A DNA stretch of 64,000 bases from Octopus sinensis. Lineage: Eukaryota. Made by a program: the position numbers and the translations under genes. The notes below the pieces were generated by a model, which worked only from the letters and a program-made list of their open reading frames with translations, made no database searches and was not told the origin of the DNA. The stretch lies in NCBI RefSeq assembly GCF_006345805.1, contig NC_042999.1, positions 147,622,001-147,686,000 on the forward strand. The letters are read 5' to 3'. Positions 40,660 through 55,192 of this stretch are shown here, one piece after another; positions within the stretch are counted from its first letter, which is position 1; every line of letters begins with the position of its first letter.

Positions 40660-40805
40660 TTTGAACAAAGCACAAGGACAGCAATTTTACTTATAGGAGT
40701 TACTCGAAGTTGTCCGCCCAAAATCTTTATTGGTACTTTATTTTAAAGACCCTGGAAGGAGGTATGTCATGCTTGACTGTGGCAGGATTTGAACATAGAA
40801 ATTAA
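40660..40805 (-). mobile_element. Diverged SINE family 2 fragment
   Basis: TTGGTACTTTATTTT..GACCCTGGAAGGA..GGCAGGATTTGAAC. Confidence 0.5.
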
Positions 40806-43800
40806 ACTTTTACAAGTCATTAAAGCAAGAACAATTTTCTCCGCTCTCGGTCGTCAGTCCATCGACTTTTCGATGTATACACAGTAAATTTTCATTGTCA
40901 TCTATGTGGCAACTGTGAAAAGGAAGGTGAAACTATGTTACATAATAAAATAACCTCACTAATTTGTTTAACCATCGATCATCCATGAATTTACGACTGC
41001 AATGATGTTTACTTATGAAATTCATCACTCTACTTAATGCTTAGTGTGAAAAATATTTTGTTTTGTTTTTTTTTTCAAATATATCATCGAATGTGATCGA
41101 TCTTTAAGAGACATAATTTTATTAGTACACCATTGACGCAATATTTTCTTCGAGTGGATTATTTAATACAATAGGTCTACATAAAATATCAATATTGATT
41201 ATACATTTTGGGTGAGCGTCGAGTCGAGAAATATAGTGTTTTATGAGTGTTAGGTTTAGTTTTCACGATTCTGTTTTTCTTCTCAGCATTTCAATTGCTA
41301 TATTTTTTGATCATCAACATGCAATATTTCTCTCGGTCTCTTCAATATGATCGATCGATTTCATTCTCTCCCTATGCAAATTAAGTGTATCATAATGTGC
41401 TGTAAAGACTTCAATGTCACAACAAAGCAACGATATATTCGGATATATATATATATAAAGAATAATGTATTTTCGCCTCGGCTATTTTGTAAACACAGGC
41501 AGATCATATATATATATATATATACACTTGTATGTATATAGATGTATATATATATATATATAATATATGGATATACATATATATATATAGATATAAATGT
41601 ATATATGTAAACATACAAACTTACGTATGTATGCATATGTATGTATGTATATAAGTATATATACATATATATGTATATGTCTATAAGTGAGTATATATAT
41701 ATGAACTGCCTGTGTTTACAAAATGACCACTATCAGTTGAAAGGCTAATTCTTCATATCCTTCCATATGTGAAACCGAGGTGGAAATACATTATTCTTTC
41801 TCTGACTCACTCTCATTTTCAATTTATTTGTATCTCTCCCTCTGCTACTCTTTCTTTCCACGAAGCTACCCGCAACTGGTTAATTATCACTGTGAAATAT
41901 GCGCTTCTACCTTATACCGCCCGACCACTTTATCGATAGCTTTTTCCGCCTTAACGAATCTGATAACACAAAGGTAGATTAAAACTTAAATAGGTAAATG
42001 TTTCGCATGTTTAGAAAATGGTGTATATGATTCAATGTGTACCATCTTATCCTCGACACACTATAAACTCGATCATCTTGCGGTCCTTCAATGAACGGAA
42101 TCGGGGAAAATGGAATAGCTTTCATCTGGACACGACTAACTTACGTCGGAAAAATTCCTAGTAGAAATCAAAAGGCTTTCGCAGATTTAATTTGAGAACA
42201 ATTCCCAGCACTGAAAGACTCTTGTATAACCAATATTAATTTATTCTTCCCAATGCCCATAAAATCAACCTTTCGTTAAGGAGGCAATAGCCTTTTAATT
42301 GAAGTGGATCTATCTTCAAATCTGATATCTCAACAGAACTCTACAATATTCTTCAAAGTATTTGACTGGAATGTAAGTTATCAACGCCTGAAAATTTGTA
42401 AGGCGGAATATATTATGAATGGCATGTAAAGTGTTAAAATAAAACTTGGCAGTGATCCTATTCTCATGGCCAAGTTCTCACGAGTAATTTCGAATCTCAA
42501 GGCAATTCAATTTCCAGGCATTCTGCCACTTCAACTGAAGTTGCAGTATCGAACTTTTACCAGAGCAATATGAACAACTAATACTTAGTGTATCGTGTCC
42601 GGAAGTAGGAAAAATGAAGTTGGGCTCATAAAAATATATAGCTAAATACAACGGCGCATATATTTAGTCCAGCTCTCATCGATTCTGGCATCTGGCGCTT
42701 TTTATTGAAAATAATATAACGAAATAGAAAATGTTAAATTAATAAAGTACCGGAATTATGATACCTGTTTTTTTTTTTAATTTGATCTTATTGATTTATA
42801 TATTTATTAAAATATTGACTGATGTGTGCAATATATGCAGTGATGTTAGTATTGAATTGCATTTAATAAATTCTTGCAATTTACATACAGATAATTCTCT
42901 GAAAACCATGCCAGTGTATTATGTAACAGGATGTCATGGAAGATTGAATTAACATGTAAGCTTGTCTGCTGAGGTGATAACAAGAGAGCAGGTGAAAGAC
43001 AAGGAGAAGGAGCGGGAGAAATGTGTGTGTTCGTATTTTCAAGTAGTGAGAATATGCATTAATATGTATATCAGTCCACAAACAGGTGTGTGTACGAATT
43101 CGTGTATAAATACATTTGTGTGTATGTGAGAAGAGCTATTTGCATACATATTCATATATTTATCTATCTATCTATCTATCTATCTATCTCTCTCTCTCTA
43201 TATATATATATATATCTGTCAGTCTATCTATTTATCTGTCTGTCTACCGATATATATGTCTGTCTATCTATAACTATATCTGTATATATACATACTTATA
43301 CATATATATATATTTGTTTGTGCTTATGTACACACAAATATGCATTTTTATATACATTTGCTCATATATATACATCCATAAATATAAAATACATATAAGC
43401 AAATACGTACACAAATATATTTATATATATACATACCTGGATACATACATGCATACGTACACACTCACATATGTACATGTGTATAGATACATACACTATT
43501 ATATGCACATATATATATATATACACATAATTCATACGCTTCACAAACTATATTAGTATTTTACAGACTTCATTTTGCAAACTTTATATCACCAAGTTTA
43601 TTTTTACAGCCATATGGTATTGTTGTAACGTCCGTGATGTTATAAATAAAGCAATAAATTCCTTTTATAACAATTCACGGGGAAACATAATTTGCAAGAA
43701 AGGCAACAGACCAAAAACATGTTCATAATAAAAATAGAGACCTGTCCACATCAAATGTTATACTTATGAATTTGGTCTACCACACAATCAATACTATTTT

Positions 43801-44388
43801 CAGTTTGCTCCCTCTCCCTCCATCTCTCACCTTTTCTCTCCCCCTTCCCCGTTATATATACATATATACATATATACATACATAAATATATAAACATACA
43901 CAAACACACACAGACACACACACACATATATATATATATAATATATATATATATGCACATATATATATATATCTGAACACACACATATACACGTACGAAT
44001 ATCTATCACTATCGCTATCTATTTATCTATCTATTTATATCCATATCTATATATATATACATACATATATGCATACATACATTCATATGTATAATCATAC
44101 CTTTATGAATGCATATATAGTAGATAGATAGATAAGTCACTATTACTTTCTTATATACTTTTCTGCCCTTCTAGTCACGTCAGGCTGTAGACACCCAGGG
44201 AAGCGTCTGCACAGATATATGTCAATTAGGTCGACGATCTGTCGATCCTACGAAGATCGGTCCATCCATTTTGTCTGTGATCATAGCGTCTTATTATACA
44301 CACGTACGTAGTATATATATATATATATATTATATCATATTATGCATATATATAATATATATATATATATTATACCATATTATGCAGA

Positions 44389-44461
<73 letters not shown>

Positions 44462-44463
<2 letters not shown>

Positions 44464-44820
44464 TATATTAAATTAGAGACAAAACCACTATTATGCAAAT
44501 CAAACAATGAAAGACTTAAGCCAATACATAAATTAATTTATATCATTCACCTGATGAATGTCTGATACTCAAAAATTTGATGACAGAAGACAGGAAAGGA
44601 TCGTAGTGGATATTAATTATATTTTTTAATAATTGTTACATATCTAAATAATATAAATTAATTTATGTATTGGCTTAAGTCTTTCATTGTTTGATTTGCA
44701 TAATAGTGGTTTTGTCTCTAATTTAATATAATATAATATTTTACTATAAAATTGGATTCAATCCTAAATCTGATTTTTCCCTGTAAGTTTGGATTTATTC
44801 CCTAATATTTATTATTATTA
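44462..44820. mobile_element. PLE pseudo-LTR-like piece with a perfect 82-bp inverted repeat enclosing a decayed HHR (+ strand, 44545-44611)
   Basis: 44462-44543 is the exact reverse complement of 44651-44732. Between them: ATTCAC-CTGATGA..GAAA-GGATCG-TA-GTGGAT. Confidence 0.7.
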
Positions 44821-45191
44821 TTATATATATATATAATATATATATATATATTATATATATATATTCAATTATAATAACAGTAGTATTCGGCATTTATAAT
44901 ATTCTACCCACGCTCTAACTGATGTAATGCGAAGTTGCCCTCTGCAAAATTCGGGTCTCGATCGTACACAACTACGAATATATCCCCGTTTTGATAATGC
45001 AGATATTAATCGTATGTGTGGAAGACAGGCTAGATTATAGACTAATTGGAAAGGCGGAAGTAAGGATACGATATAACTGTGGACAGATTAAGACTGTTCT
45101 TACAATACAGAAAACACTATGGAAATACGTAATAGAAATTGACAATAAGAGAAAATGGCGTCGATATCTTGTGAATTGTTCGTATGCAAGA

Positions 45192-45740
45192 CAAAACATC
45201 TCGAGGATTGAATCACCCCAGAGGGCACTCACTAAACGAATTGAAGGCATGGCTGCTGTCGATTATTGGGATCGCGTTAAAGCCTTGAAACTCTACTCTC
45301 TCCAGCGTCGCCGTGAGCGGTACATCATTTGTACGATGTGGAGAATATACCGCCAACTTTGCCCAAACGACCTGAACGTTAGCTTCAAGGTTCATCCAAG
45401 ACTGGGACCACGGGCCATATGTCCCCTGCCCAATTCAAGATCACAGCATACATGTACACTGCAACATAATTTCTTTTCCTCAACAGGCCCTGCCCTATTT
45501 AACGTTGTCCCGAAAGAGATCAAAGAGGAAAAAGATCCCATCAAATTTAAACGGAGTCTGGATAGATTCCTTCAAAGAATACCAGATAAGCCAACCATAA
45601 TTGGATACAACTCACCCAACAAAAACTCACTACTTGAATGGACCATGAACAAAACTTGACTTAAACAGGATTCGAATAATCCTATCAGGTGGTGCTATTA
45701 AGTTAGACATGGCCTGGACCAATCTTTGGTCGAAACGTTT
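45192..45740 (+). mobile_element. CR1/L2-clade LINE 3' end (ORF2 C-terminus, 3' UTR, short tandem tail)
   Basis: ISRIESPQRALTKRIEGM..YWDRVKALKLYSLQRRRERY..GPALFNVVP..FKRSLDRFLQRIPDKP..NSLLEW, stop at 45659; tail CTAAGTTTAT x2. Confidence 0.9.
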
Positions 45741-46039
45741 CTAAGTTTATCTAAGTTTATACATATATATATATATATATTGTTATATTTCGGAATGGTC
45801 ATATTGAGCCAATAAAACACACGCACTATATATTTGGTGTTATTTTGTTATAAGTAAAATATATATATATATATATAATTATATATTTATTTATTTATTT
45901 ATTTATATATGTACGTGTGCGTTTATGTGTGTGTGTATGTATGTATGCATATATAGAGATATGTATGTATATATATATATACAGTATATATATATATATA
46001 TTATATATATATATCTATATATATATATATATATGTATG

Positions 46040-46120
<81 letters not shown>

Positions 46121-46146
46121 TAATATAATAATGATAATAATAATAA

Positions 46147-46391
46147 TGACAGAAAGATATATGCGAATAGGCTACACATTATACAGAAGGACTTCAGACA
46201 AAAATCATGTCTCCTCATCGACATGACTGTCCCAATCGATATGACAGTATATGTCGTGACTTACCAAAAACTGACAAGTTTAAAGATCTTGAAAAAAAAA
46301 TTGGCAAAATGTGGAACCTCAAGACTAAGACAATACCTGTTAGCATAGGTTCCTTAAGAATGATAGCGAAAGGGGCTTATTCCTACCTAGC
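46147..46391 (+). mobile_element. R4/Dong-like LINE restriction-like endonuclease fragment next to (AAT)n
   Basis: DRKIYANRLHIIQKD..SCLLIDMTVP..KFKDLEKKIGKMWNLKTKTIPVSIGSLRMI. Confidence 0.75.
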
Positions 46392-46679
46392 TTATAGAGA
46401 TAAAGTAAAATAAACTTTCAGTTCAAAATCGGACATTTCATTCTTAATAACCTGATACTTTAAATGGGAGGCTGGAGGAACAACTTCATGATAGCTTTAA
46501 TACACACATGCACACAGATATAGACGCACATATCCTTTTGAGAGATAAATAGATAGATAAGTTTCTTTATTGGCCACACAGGGCTGCACACACATGTGAC
46601 AAGTTACAAGGTAGAGCTTTTCTTTGGGGGGAGAAAAAAAAGGGGGTGGCGTAGGTTTTCGATCAAAAGGGATCGTAAA

Positions 46680-46880
46680 GGGGAAAAAAGAACAAAAAGA
46701 AAAAAAGGAAAAAAGAAAAAAAGGAAAAGAAAAAAGAAAAAAAGAAAAAAAGAAAAAGAAAAAAAAAAGAAAAAAGGAAAAAAAAAAGAAAAAAGGAAAA
46801 GAAAAAAAGAAAAAAGGGAAAAAGAAAAGAAAAATGAAAAAAGAAGAAAAAAGAGGAAAAAAAGGAGGGAGAGGAAAAAA
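46680..46880. repeat. A-rich polypurine (AAAG-type) tract
   Basis: Composition; explains the poly-K ORFs. Confidence 0.9.
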
Positions 46881-46892
46881 TGATAAATAGAT

Positions 46893-47290
46893 AGGCGCAG
46901 GAGTGGCTGTGTGGTAAGTAGCTAGCTAACCAACCACATGGTTCCGGGTTCAGTCCCACTGCGTGGCATCTTGGGCAAGTGTCTTCTGCTATAGCCCCGG
47001 GCCGACCAATGCCTTGTGAGTGGATTTGGTAGACGGAAACTGAAAGAAGCCTGTCGTATATAGGTACACATATATGTGTGTGTGTGTTTGTGTTTGTCCC
47101 CCTAGCATTGCTTGACAACCGATGCTGGTGTGTTTACGTCCCCGTCACTTAGCGGTTCGGCAAAAGAGACCGATAGAATAAGTACTGGGCTTACAAAGAA
47201 TAAGTCCCGGGGTCGATTTGCTCGACTAAAGGCGGTACTCCAGTATGGCCGCAGTCAAATGACTGAAACAAGTAAAAGAGTAAAAGAGTA
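46893..47290 (+). mobile_element. SINE family 1, full length, followed by (GATA)n/(TACA)n
   Basis: AGGCGCAGGAGTGGCTGTGTGGTAAG..GGTTCAGTCCC..GTAAAAGAGTAAAAGAG. Confidence 0.92.
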
Positions 47291-47305
47291 AAGATATATA
47301 GATAT

Positions 47306-47336
<31 letters not shown>

Positions 47337-47337
47337 T

Positions 47338-47389
<52 letters not shown>

Positions 47390-48235
47390 GCAGGTAAATA
47401 GGTAGATAGACAGATAGATACATAGGCAGGTAGGTAGGTAGTTAGGTAGGTACATAGATACATACATAGATAGTTAGATACATACATACATACATGCATA
47501 CATACATGCATTCATACATACATACATACATACGTTTACATTACTAAAGTTTAAAAGGTTAAATGATTGTAAAATGATCGGTTGTGTGTAAAGAACAATT
47601 TGAAACGCGATAAACAATTCTAAACCAAATAAAAACTGCGCTTGTTCAGAGCTACATAAAAATTTTTCGATAAACATGAAACGATAAGTGTAACGAAAAT
47701 TATGCCACTTGATATATTATGGGAAACTTAAAAGAGAAGAGTATTTGATATTAATTTTAAAAGTAATTAATTATGTGTGAATATAGGATTTTCCCTTTTT
47801 AGCTCTTGTGGGATTAGATTAACAATAATAATAGACTAAATTATCATTAATACCACTGAAGTAGATCAATAGGAAATAGTGTACAAAGCAAGCAAATCTC
47901 TAGATAAAATTACCACAGGAAAATATGTAAATGAAATATACATCCAAAGAGTAGATAGATACAGAGATAGATCTAATGGTAACCGTATATAAACACATCT
48001 TTATATCACTTAAATATCGAAACAAATACCCATTTTCAAATATTTACTGATTCTAGTAATTATTGCAAAAAAGTTTTTAAAACACACACACAAACACACA
48101 TGCACACACATACATGTAAATATATGTGTGTAGGCACACATATATACACATATATGTATGTAGTACAATATAGTGTTTGCAAGCAGCTGTAGATGCATTC
48201 AGGTCATATACACAAACTCGTCGAACTAAAATTGA

Positions 48236-48444
48236 TTTCAAAATTTGGCACAAAGCCAGCAATTTCGAGAGAGGAGATAAGTCGATTACATCGAACTCAG
48301 TTCTCAACTGGTGCTTATTTTATCGGCCCCAAGAAGATGAAAAGCAAAGTTGATATCGGCAGAATTTGAACTTAGAATAACGACGGATTAAATGCCGCTA
48401 AGCATTTTGTCCGGCTTGCTAATGATTTCGCTAGCTCGTCGCCA
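48236..48444 (-). mobile_element. SINE family 2, near full length
   Basis: Minus-strand head GGCGACGAGCTAGCGAAATCATTAGC..TTCTAAGTTCAAATTCTGCC plus the conserved central domain. Confidence 0.8.
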
Positions 48445-50741
48445 CATTAATGGAGAAAAATTTAGAAACAGAAGCAGTAGCTTCTATCCCTTTGTCGCAA
48501 TTCCGTTGCTGACATATAGTTTCTATTAGATACACATGATTTTCCTGAAACTATATACCGTTACTTTCCTAGCTGTAATCGTTTGTACATTACCTTTTCA
48601 AAGTCGATAAAAGGCAATTATAGTAAATTCTATGTTAGCTATTATAATGCAATGTCTCACATTTACATAATGCTTTATGGAATGATGACTCAGAAATCGT
48701 GTACGGTCATTGACCTCGTATTCGTTGCAATATTTCTTGTCCATCGTACTGACTTCAATGGAATTTGCACATTATTCAAGATAACCAAACTTAAGGATTT
48801 TGATCCTTTGCTGCTGATGGTTACACAACTGCATTTCTTAGTCTCTGCGCTCTGAATTTAAGATATCCTAGTCACTGTAACAATATTTCATTTTTTTTAT
48901 TTAACATTTTACTATTTATGCAAAAGAGCAACAATACTGCCCTCATTGTCATATACTTATCTAGCATTTTTCTATAATTCCAGATGTCACTTTCATTCTA
49001 TGTTCTTATTTCTTCAATTGATATTACATCTACAGTAGCATGAAGCACTTCTTGTATTTCAAAATATCAGAACATTTCTTCCATTAATTGTCTTGTATTA
49101 AAATGTTTTCTCCAATTTTTTAGATGTTTACGTAACATTTCTCTCTGAGGCACAAACATCTCAAACCCTATTTATCGACCATTTCGACTCTCCAGCCTCT
49201 ATACATTAGGGTTCTTAAATGTCACTTCAAGCGATGTTATTAGCGCGTTAGTAGATCCTACTCTTCTCGTGCTTTATCTCCCTCTTACATAGACATCAGT
49301 AACAAAGACTGTTTATTGAGACTCAATATTCCACCTTACTTCTCCAGATATATTTGATCGTTTCACCACTTTGATTATATCTACTCTTTCATTAAGAGTA
49401 TATGTCACACTTCGGCTTCTCTTGAAGTATTCGTCTTCGAATTCAATGCCCTCAACTAACAACATACTGGTACTACTGGTATAAGAAACAGAATTTTCGG
49501 AAATCTTCATTACATACCTTCTGTCATTTCAATTCCCTAGTGACATTCCTGACCGACATACAGGCAGTCCAAACACCACTGACCTATTCTACTTGACGGT
49601 AAATGGCTTTGCACCTATCGGACTGTTAGAAAACTGCTTCATTGCAACCAACCAATGCACATCGACATACAAGATGTCCCCAACTGCCATACGCTATAGT
49701 ACTTTATGCCATATGAGTAATTTGCAGTACGTCCGTTGTTGATGTGAGGTATCAAATATCCCCTTCAATATATCTCTCCACATCATAAAACAATTGTCAA
49801 TGCCCTGTAACTTTCAAGCAGCTCTTTCGTTGTAGAGCTGCAGAAGTGTATGACAAAAGAGACAAGGCTTAAGATTCCTGGAGAAATAAGCCTATACCCA
49901 GACATTTTATCGTCTGCCTTTGTAACGAGCGCGTGCGACGCCTTTATATCTTTACCGTTCTCCTCCCTGATACTCCTCTCTATGCCTTGAAACAAAATTT
50001 CAAAGTTTTCCTCGGACGTGGAAGAAATTGGTAACAAATTCATGTTTTTAGCTGTTTTCTCCTTGAAGCAAGGGGAAAACAACAGCAAAATTCTGCTGTA
50101 ACAGCAGAAAAGAAGTGGTCTCGACGACCAAAACGGTAAATTTTCACAAACTTCAGCCCCAAAACAATTTCACAGTGAAGCAAAGAATAACACGACCGAA
50201 AAACAATTCCAGTCAGTAGCAAAGCAACAGGTAGGAAGAGAGGGAGAGAGAGGTGAAGACTTCGTTGTGAACTATCTGACACTATCTGTCTGTTTGCCTC
50301 TCTCTCTCTCTAGATATCTGTTTATGTGTGTGTGTCCTTGTATGTATATGATTGTGCGTGTTGCCGTTTTGAATTCCTTTCTTCAACTGACCTTAAACTG
50401 CTACTAATAGCAACCACACACACACACATTTGTTTTAATCCATTTCAACTGAAGCCATATACCTAAAGACGTGGTATTTTGCTCCAAAATTCAAATTTTG
50501 AATTTATTTTCATTATAAAATTACACCTTGGCTAAAAAACATTTTTTGGCTTCGGAATACAACGTTGTCTTTTTCTTTCTACATCTTATAAGTTAGAATT
50601 TCTGGCTCATTTGTTGATGTGTCATCATTACACATGCACATTACACCTTTAAGATCGGGGAGCCAGTTAGGGGCTTTCTGGATCTCTCTTGGCATACCAG
50701 CAAACCACAAAATCGCACCAACCAGCATCACCACTACCTCC

Positions 50742-50753
50742 AAGCCTGTCATA

Positions 50754-50789
<36 letters not shown>

Positions 50790-51022
50790 TGTATATATGT
50801 ATTGTGTGTGTGTGTGTTTGTCACACCACCACCATTGCTTGACACCCGATGTCGGTGCATTTGCGTCCGTCCCTGTAATTTAGCTGTTCAGCAGAAGAGT
50901 CTGACCGAATAAGCACCAGGCTTACACGGAATACGTATAGGAGTCAATGTCTTCGACTAAAGGGTGGTGCTTCAGCATGGCCACTGTCAAATGACTGAAT
51001 CAAGTAAAAGAATAAAAGAATA
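50742..51022 (+). mobile_element. SINE family 1, 3' part
   Basis: AAGCCTGTC, microsatellite, GCTTGACACCCGATG..CAGCATGGCC..AGTAAAAGAATAAAAGAA. Confidence 0.8.
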
Positions 51023-51195
51023 TCAGAAAAACGTTCCGCACTACTAAACCAAAAAGGTTCTTTGAATATGTACGATGTATTTTAATACTAAATAGTAATT
51101 CTGTTTACGTTTGTGTAACAAATATTTCGGTTGGATTATATAGTCATTGGTGTTACATTACTTTCTATATTCTGTAACTGTCACAAAATAATTTT

Positions 51196-51334
51196 CTAGG
51201 CCTGAAATTTTTGTGGGGAGGGGGCCAGATGATTAGATCGAGCCAGCACACAAATGGTCCTTAATTTATCGACCTCGAAAGGACGAAAGACAAAGTCGAC
51301 TTCGGTAGAATTTGAACTCAGGACGTAAAGACAG
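51196..51334 (-). mobile_element. SINE family 2 fragment
   Basis: AATTTATCGACCTCGAAAGGACGAAAGACAAAGTCGACTTCGGTAGAATTTGAACTCAG. Confidence 0.75.
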
Positions 51335-52177
51335 TCATAATATACAAACATTTCTCATGCCACCAGTACACTGTTTACATATGCTAACATTTTTTGTTTT
51401 CCGTGAATTTTTCACGGGTTCAGCTAGTATATTATTATTTTCTATCAGTAATTTAAAAACAGAACAAGATGAATTGGTTCTTTCCAAGGCAAAGATCAGC
51501 GCTCTCATTGAGCGCTAGTAGTGGTAAACACATTTGACCTCTGCTGACCGCAAGGGTGTGACGCTTCTTTTGTCCCCTGATCGCACAGAAATGCGAAGTC
51601 CCATAGTTGCTCTCCTCATGCAATTAGGTCTATTCACCAAGGTGCTTCTCTTTTTCATATTATCTCCTCCAACCCTCACATATTTATGATTATCTCAAGT
51701 ACAAGACAAAAGTCAAAGCTAAACAACATCTAATAATACCACACAGTAGTTGGAGCACGAATAGCATCTCAAGACAGTTACAATACCAGTGATTTTAGTA
51801 GCACTTGGAATGATCAAATAAGGAACTGAAAATTATTTGAGAATGAGTTCTGGATTACCATCCATGCAGGAAATGCAAAAGATTGTATTAACTGGTACGT
51901 CACAGGCATTGAGAAAGGCATTGTCGCTGTGAATTTTCTTTCTTTTTTTGTCCTATGTTATATTTTATTTGCTTTCTTTGTTTACTTCCGTATTTTATAT
52001 ATTTTACTTTTTCTCTGTCTTTCCTCCCATTTTTCAATCACATGACTTTGTAAATGAACAATCTGGTGTGATCATTTTAATGGCCTACAAATATATACAG
52101 TGAGTTTCTCTGCCCTAGGTGTCAGGAAGGCACTCGGCAAGAAGAGGAAACAGAATTGAAAGATGATAATGAAAGTG

Positions 52178-52282
<105 letters not shown>

Positions 52283-52283
52283 G

Positions 52284-52806
52284 AGTGAGAGAGCAGTTCA
52301 TGCCATCAAAGTGACACTGGGGTAAAATATACGAAGCCCAATATACCCATCATGACTACCCGTCTGATAAAGGTACACCAGGCACATGCATCACAACCAT
52401 ATGTGCGCGACATGGTGATCTCATATCAAGGTAAACAGCACATGACCTTGCAGGTGGGGCCCAGTTAGAATTTTCTTCAGGTTGAGTAGCCCATCCCGCT
52501 CAAACGGTCCCTGAATAAGGGTTGTTTAAGGATGTTGAAAAAACCACCCATGTTTCCAGAGGTGAATTATTCAAACCCCAAAGAACCCCTCTCAACACAT
52601 GGCTATGATGCTCCCCCACTACTTCTGCTCGTGATCAGAGATGCACATATCGTCAGCCACTAAGGGACATGCTCAACTGGTTAAGGTCAAGCAACTGACA
52701 AGCAAATCTGTGGTATTGAGCAGAGTATTTGCTGTAGCCCATCTTTTATACCAAGACAAAACAATGTACATGATAACACTTCCAATCAGTTAAGATCAGA
52801 AGCCAT
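52284..52806 (-). mobile_element. Non-coding ~520-bp insert inside (AAT)n, probably the 3' UTR of an R4/Dong-like LINE
   Basis: Higher-GC block flanked on both sides by (TAT)n, i.e. (AAT)n on the minus strand. R4/Dong elements are known to target TAA repeats. The family assignment is inference. Confidence 0.45.
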
Positions 52807-52818
52807 GTATTATTATTG

Positions 52819-52896
<78 letters not shown>

Positions 52897-53443
52897 GTTT
52901 TACTTTTGCTTTATATTTGTACAAGTTGGCTCCAAGTCTCACCCAGAGACCTCAAGAGACAACAGGTTGTTATGCCTAGTGTGTCATATATTTGGGGGGT
53001 TTTTTGTGTTGTACTAGTGAATGTAAAAAAAAAAACGAAAATTATGTTTGTTTTAAACCCTGAGATTACATAGAAAGTATTTTGCGTAGGATATGAGCAG
53101 TTCCCATGAGCACTATCTTTTGAATTTCTGCCATTTTGGGGTTTCCTGGTATCTGAGTTAGGTAGCAATCAGCCCCTTTCGCTATCATTCTCATGACAAC
53201 AGGTATTGTTTTAGTTTTCAGGTTCCACATTTTGCTGATTTCTATTTCAAGAACTTTATATTTGCTCAGTTTTTAGTAGGTCATGACAGATACGTTTATA
53301 TCGATTGGGACAGTCATATCAATGAGTAGGCATGTTCTTTGTCTGAAGTTTATTATTATTATTATTATTAACGGAACTTATAATAAAGCCAAACAAGAGA
53401 ACGGCGGACAGATAAATATAAATACTATAAAAGTTTAGAGGTC

Positions 53444-53482
<39 letters not shown>

Positions 53483-53986
53483 CACACTACTATGCTCAAC
53501 TTGTACTTAGTTTATCAACCCCGAAATTATGATAAGCATATTTGTCCTCAGCGAAATCTGAGCTCACGGCATAAAGAACCAGAAGAAATGCGGCTAACCC
53601 TTTTGTCGATGTTCTAACTATTATATTACTCAAGTTTTCTCTCGTGTAGCTATATTTTGTAACTCCTTACCACTGGGTTAGACTTGCGGTCATTCACATC
53701 TTAGTTCTGTTCAGTTAAGTTTGCTAGTGCGTCTACAGCATTATTTCTAAAGTTATTTCTTTTATTGCTTTGTATTTTACATTGTAAGTCTATATTTAAT
53801 GCAAGTCTCTTATCTTAGTTTCTTTATCCAGAATAATATTAGTGTTTTTATTATATTCGTCTCTTCAAGATTTGTTGACACTTTTCTAAGCCAAATCTCT
53901 TATCGTTTTCGTTTGGAAATTGATTTTTTGGTCTAGAGTAGCATTTCTCATGATTTATTATATGCAGCATACAACTTAAGGTGTGA

Positions 53987-54081
<95 letters not shown>

Positions 54082-54106
54082 TATATATTATATTCTACTC
54101 TATGAA

Positions 54107-54466
54107 CAAGACCCGAAATTTTAGAGGAGGGAACCAGGCGATTAGATCGACTCCAGTACGCAACTGGTAGTTAATTTATCGACTCCGAAAGAATGAAAAG
54201 TAAAGTCGACATCGGCGGAATTTGAATTCAGAACGCAGCGGCAGATGAAATACCTATTTCTTTACTACCTACAAGGGGCTAAACACAGAGAAGACAAGCA
54301 AAGACAGACAAACGGATTAAGTCGATTATATCGACCCCAGTGCGTAACTGGTATTTATTTAATCGACCCCGAAAAGATGAAAGGCAAAGTCGACCTCGGC
54401 GGAATTTGAACTCACAACGTAGCGGCAGACCAAATACCGCTAAGCATTTTGCCCGGCGCGCTAATA
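54107..54466 (-). mobile_element. SINE family 2 with an internal ~185-bp tandem duplication
   Basis: Same AAATACCTATTTCTTTACTACC junction as in 34059-34521. Confidence 0.85.
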
Positions 54467-55037
54467 TATATATGTGTGTGTGTGTGTGTGTGTATGTTTT
54501 GTACAAATAATTAACGTATTTATATAATTACGTAAATTGTTTGTACACTATTATTCATGGTAACCACTAATTTCCTTAGTTTCAAAGCCTTTCTGTTACG
54601 TAGTTTTAATTTATTATTATTATTTGCTACCTAATGTAACTGTGCATGCGGGCTGGATTTGAAATTATAATGCATAAGTATGTAGCCCGTGTATTTTCGG
54701 TGTTATTTGCTGCATAAATATTCATTAAATTTTGCGCCCTCACTGAAAAAGCATGGATGGCAAATTAATTTATTTTGCACAAGGATACAGAAACTCGAGT
54801 CTGAGTGTAACTACAAAAATATTTTTTAAATTTTCATTCCCTTTGAAATTGGTCTTATTCCTGGTTTGAGGTTTAACTGTCCCTTCTAGCATATAAGGTG
54901 TCCTATTAAAAGTCACCTCTTTCATGTATAAATACGTAAATTGTTTGTACACTACTATATATGAAAATATGTTGTTTACTGACTTTATTACGCATGCTAT
55001 CCAACGGTATGAAAATTTTTGTAAATATTCTACCCTT

Positions 55038-55167
<130 letters not shown>

Positions 55168-55192
55168 TGCAACAAAATTTTATATCTTGGAC

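Noticed and set aside
44165-44285. CpG-containing stretch with small hairpins
   Set aside because: No known ribozyme or RNA-gene consensus and no second copy in the window.
45705-45740. GACC..GGTC-GAAACGTTT at the CR1 3' end, HHR-like
   Set aside because: No CUGANGA core upstream; better explained as a LINE 3' stem-loop and tail.
49500-50088. Possible DNA transposase fragment (101-aa minus-strand ORF)
   Set aside because: No recognisable catalytic motif.
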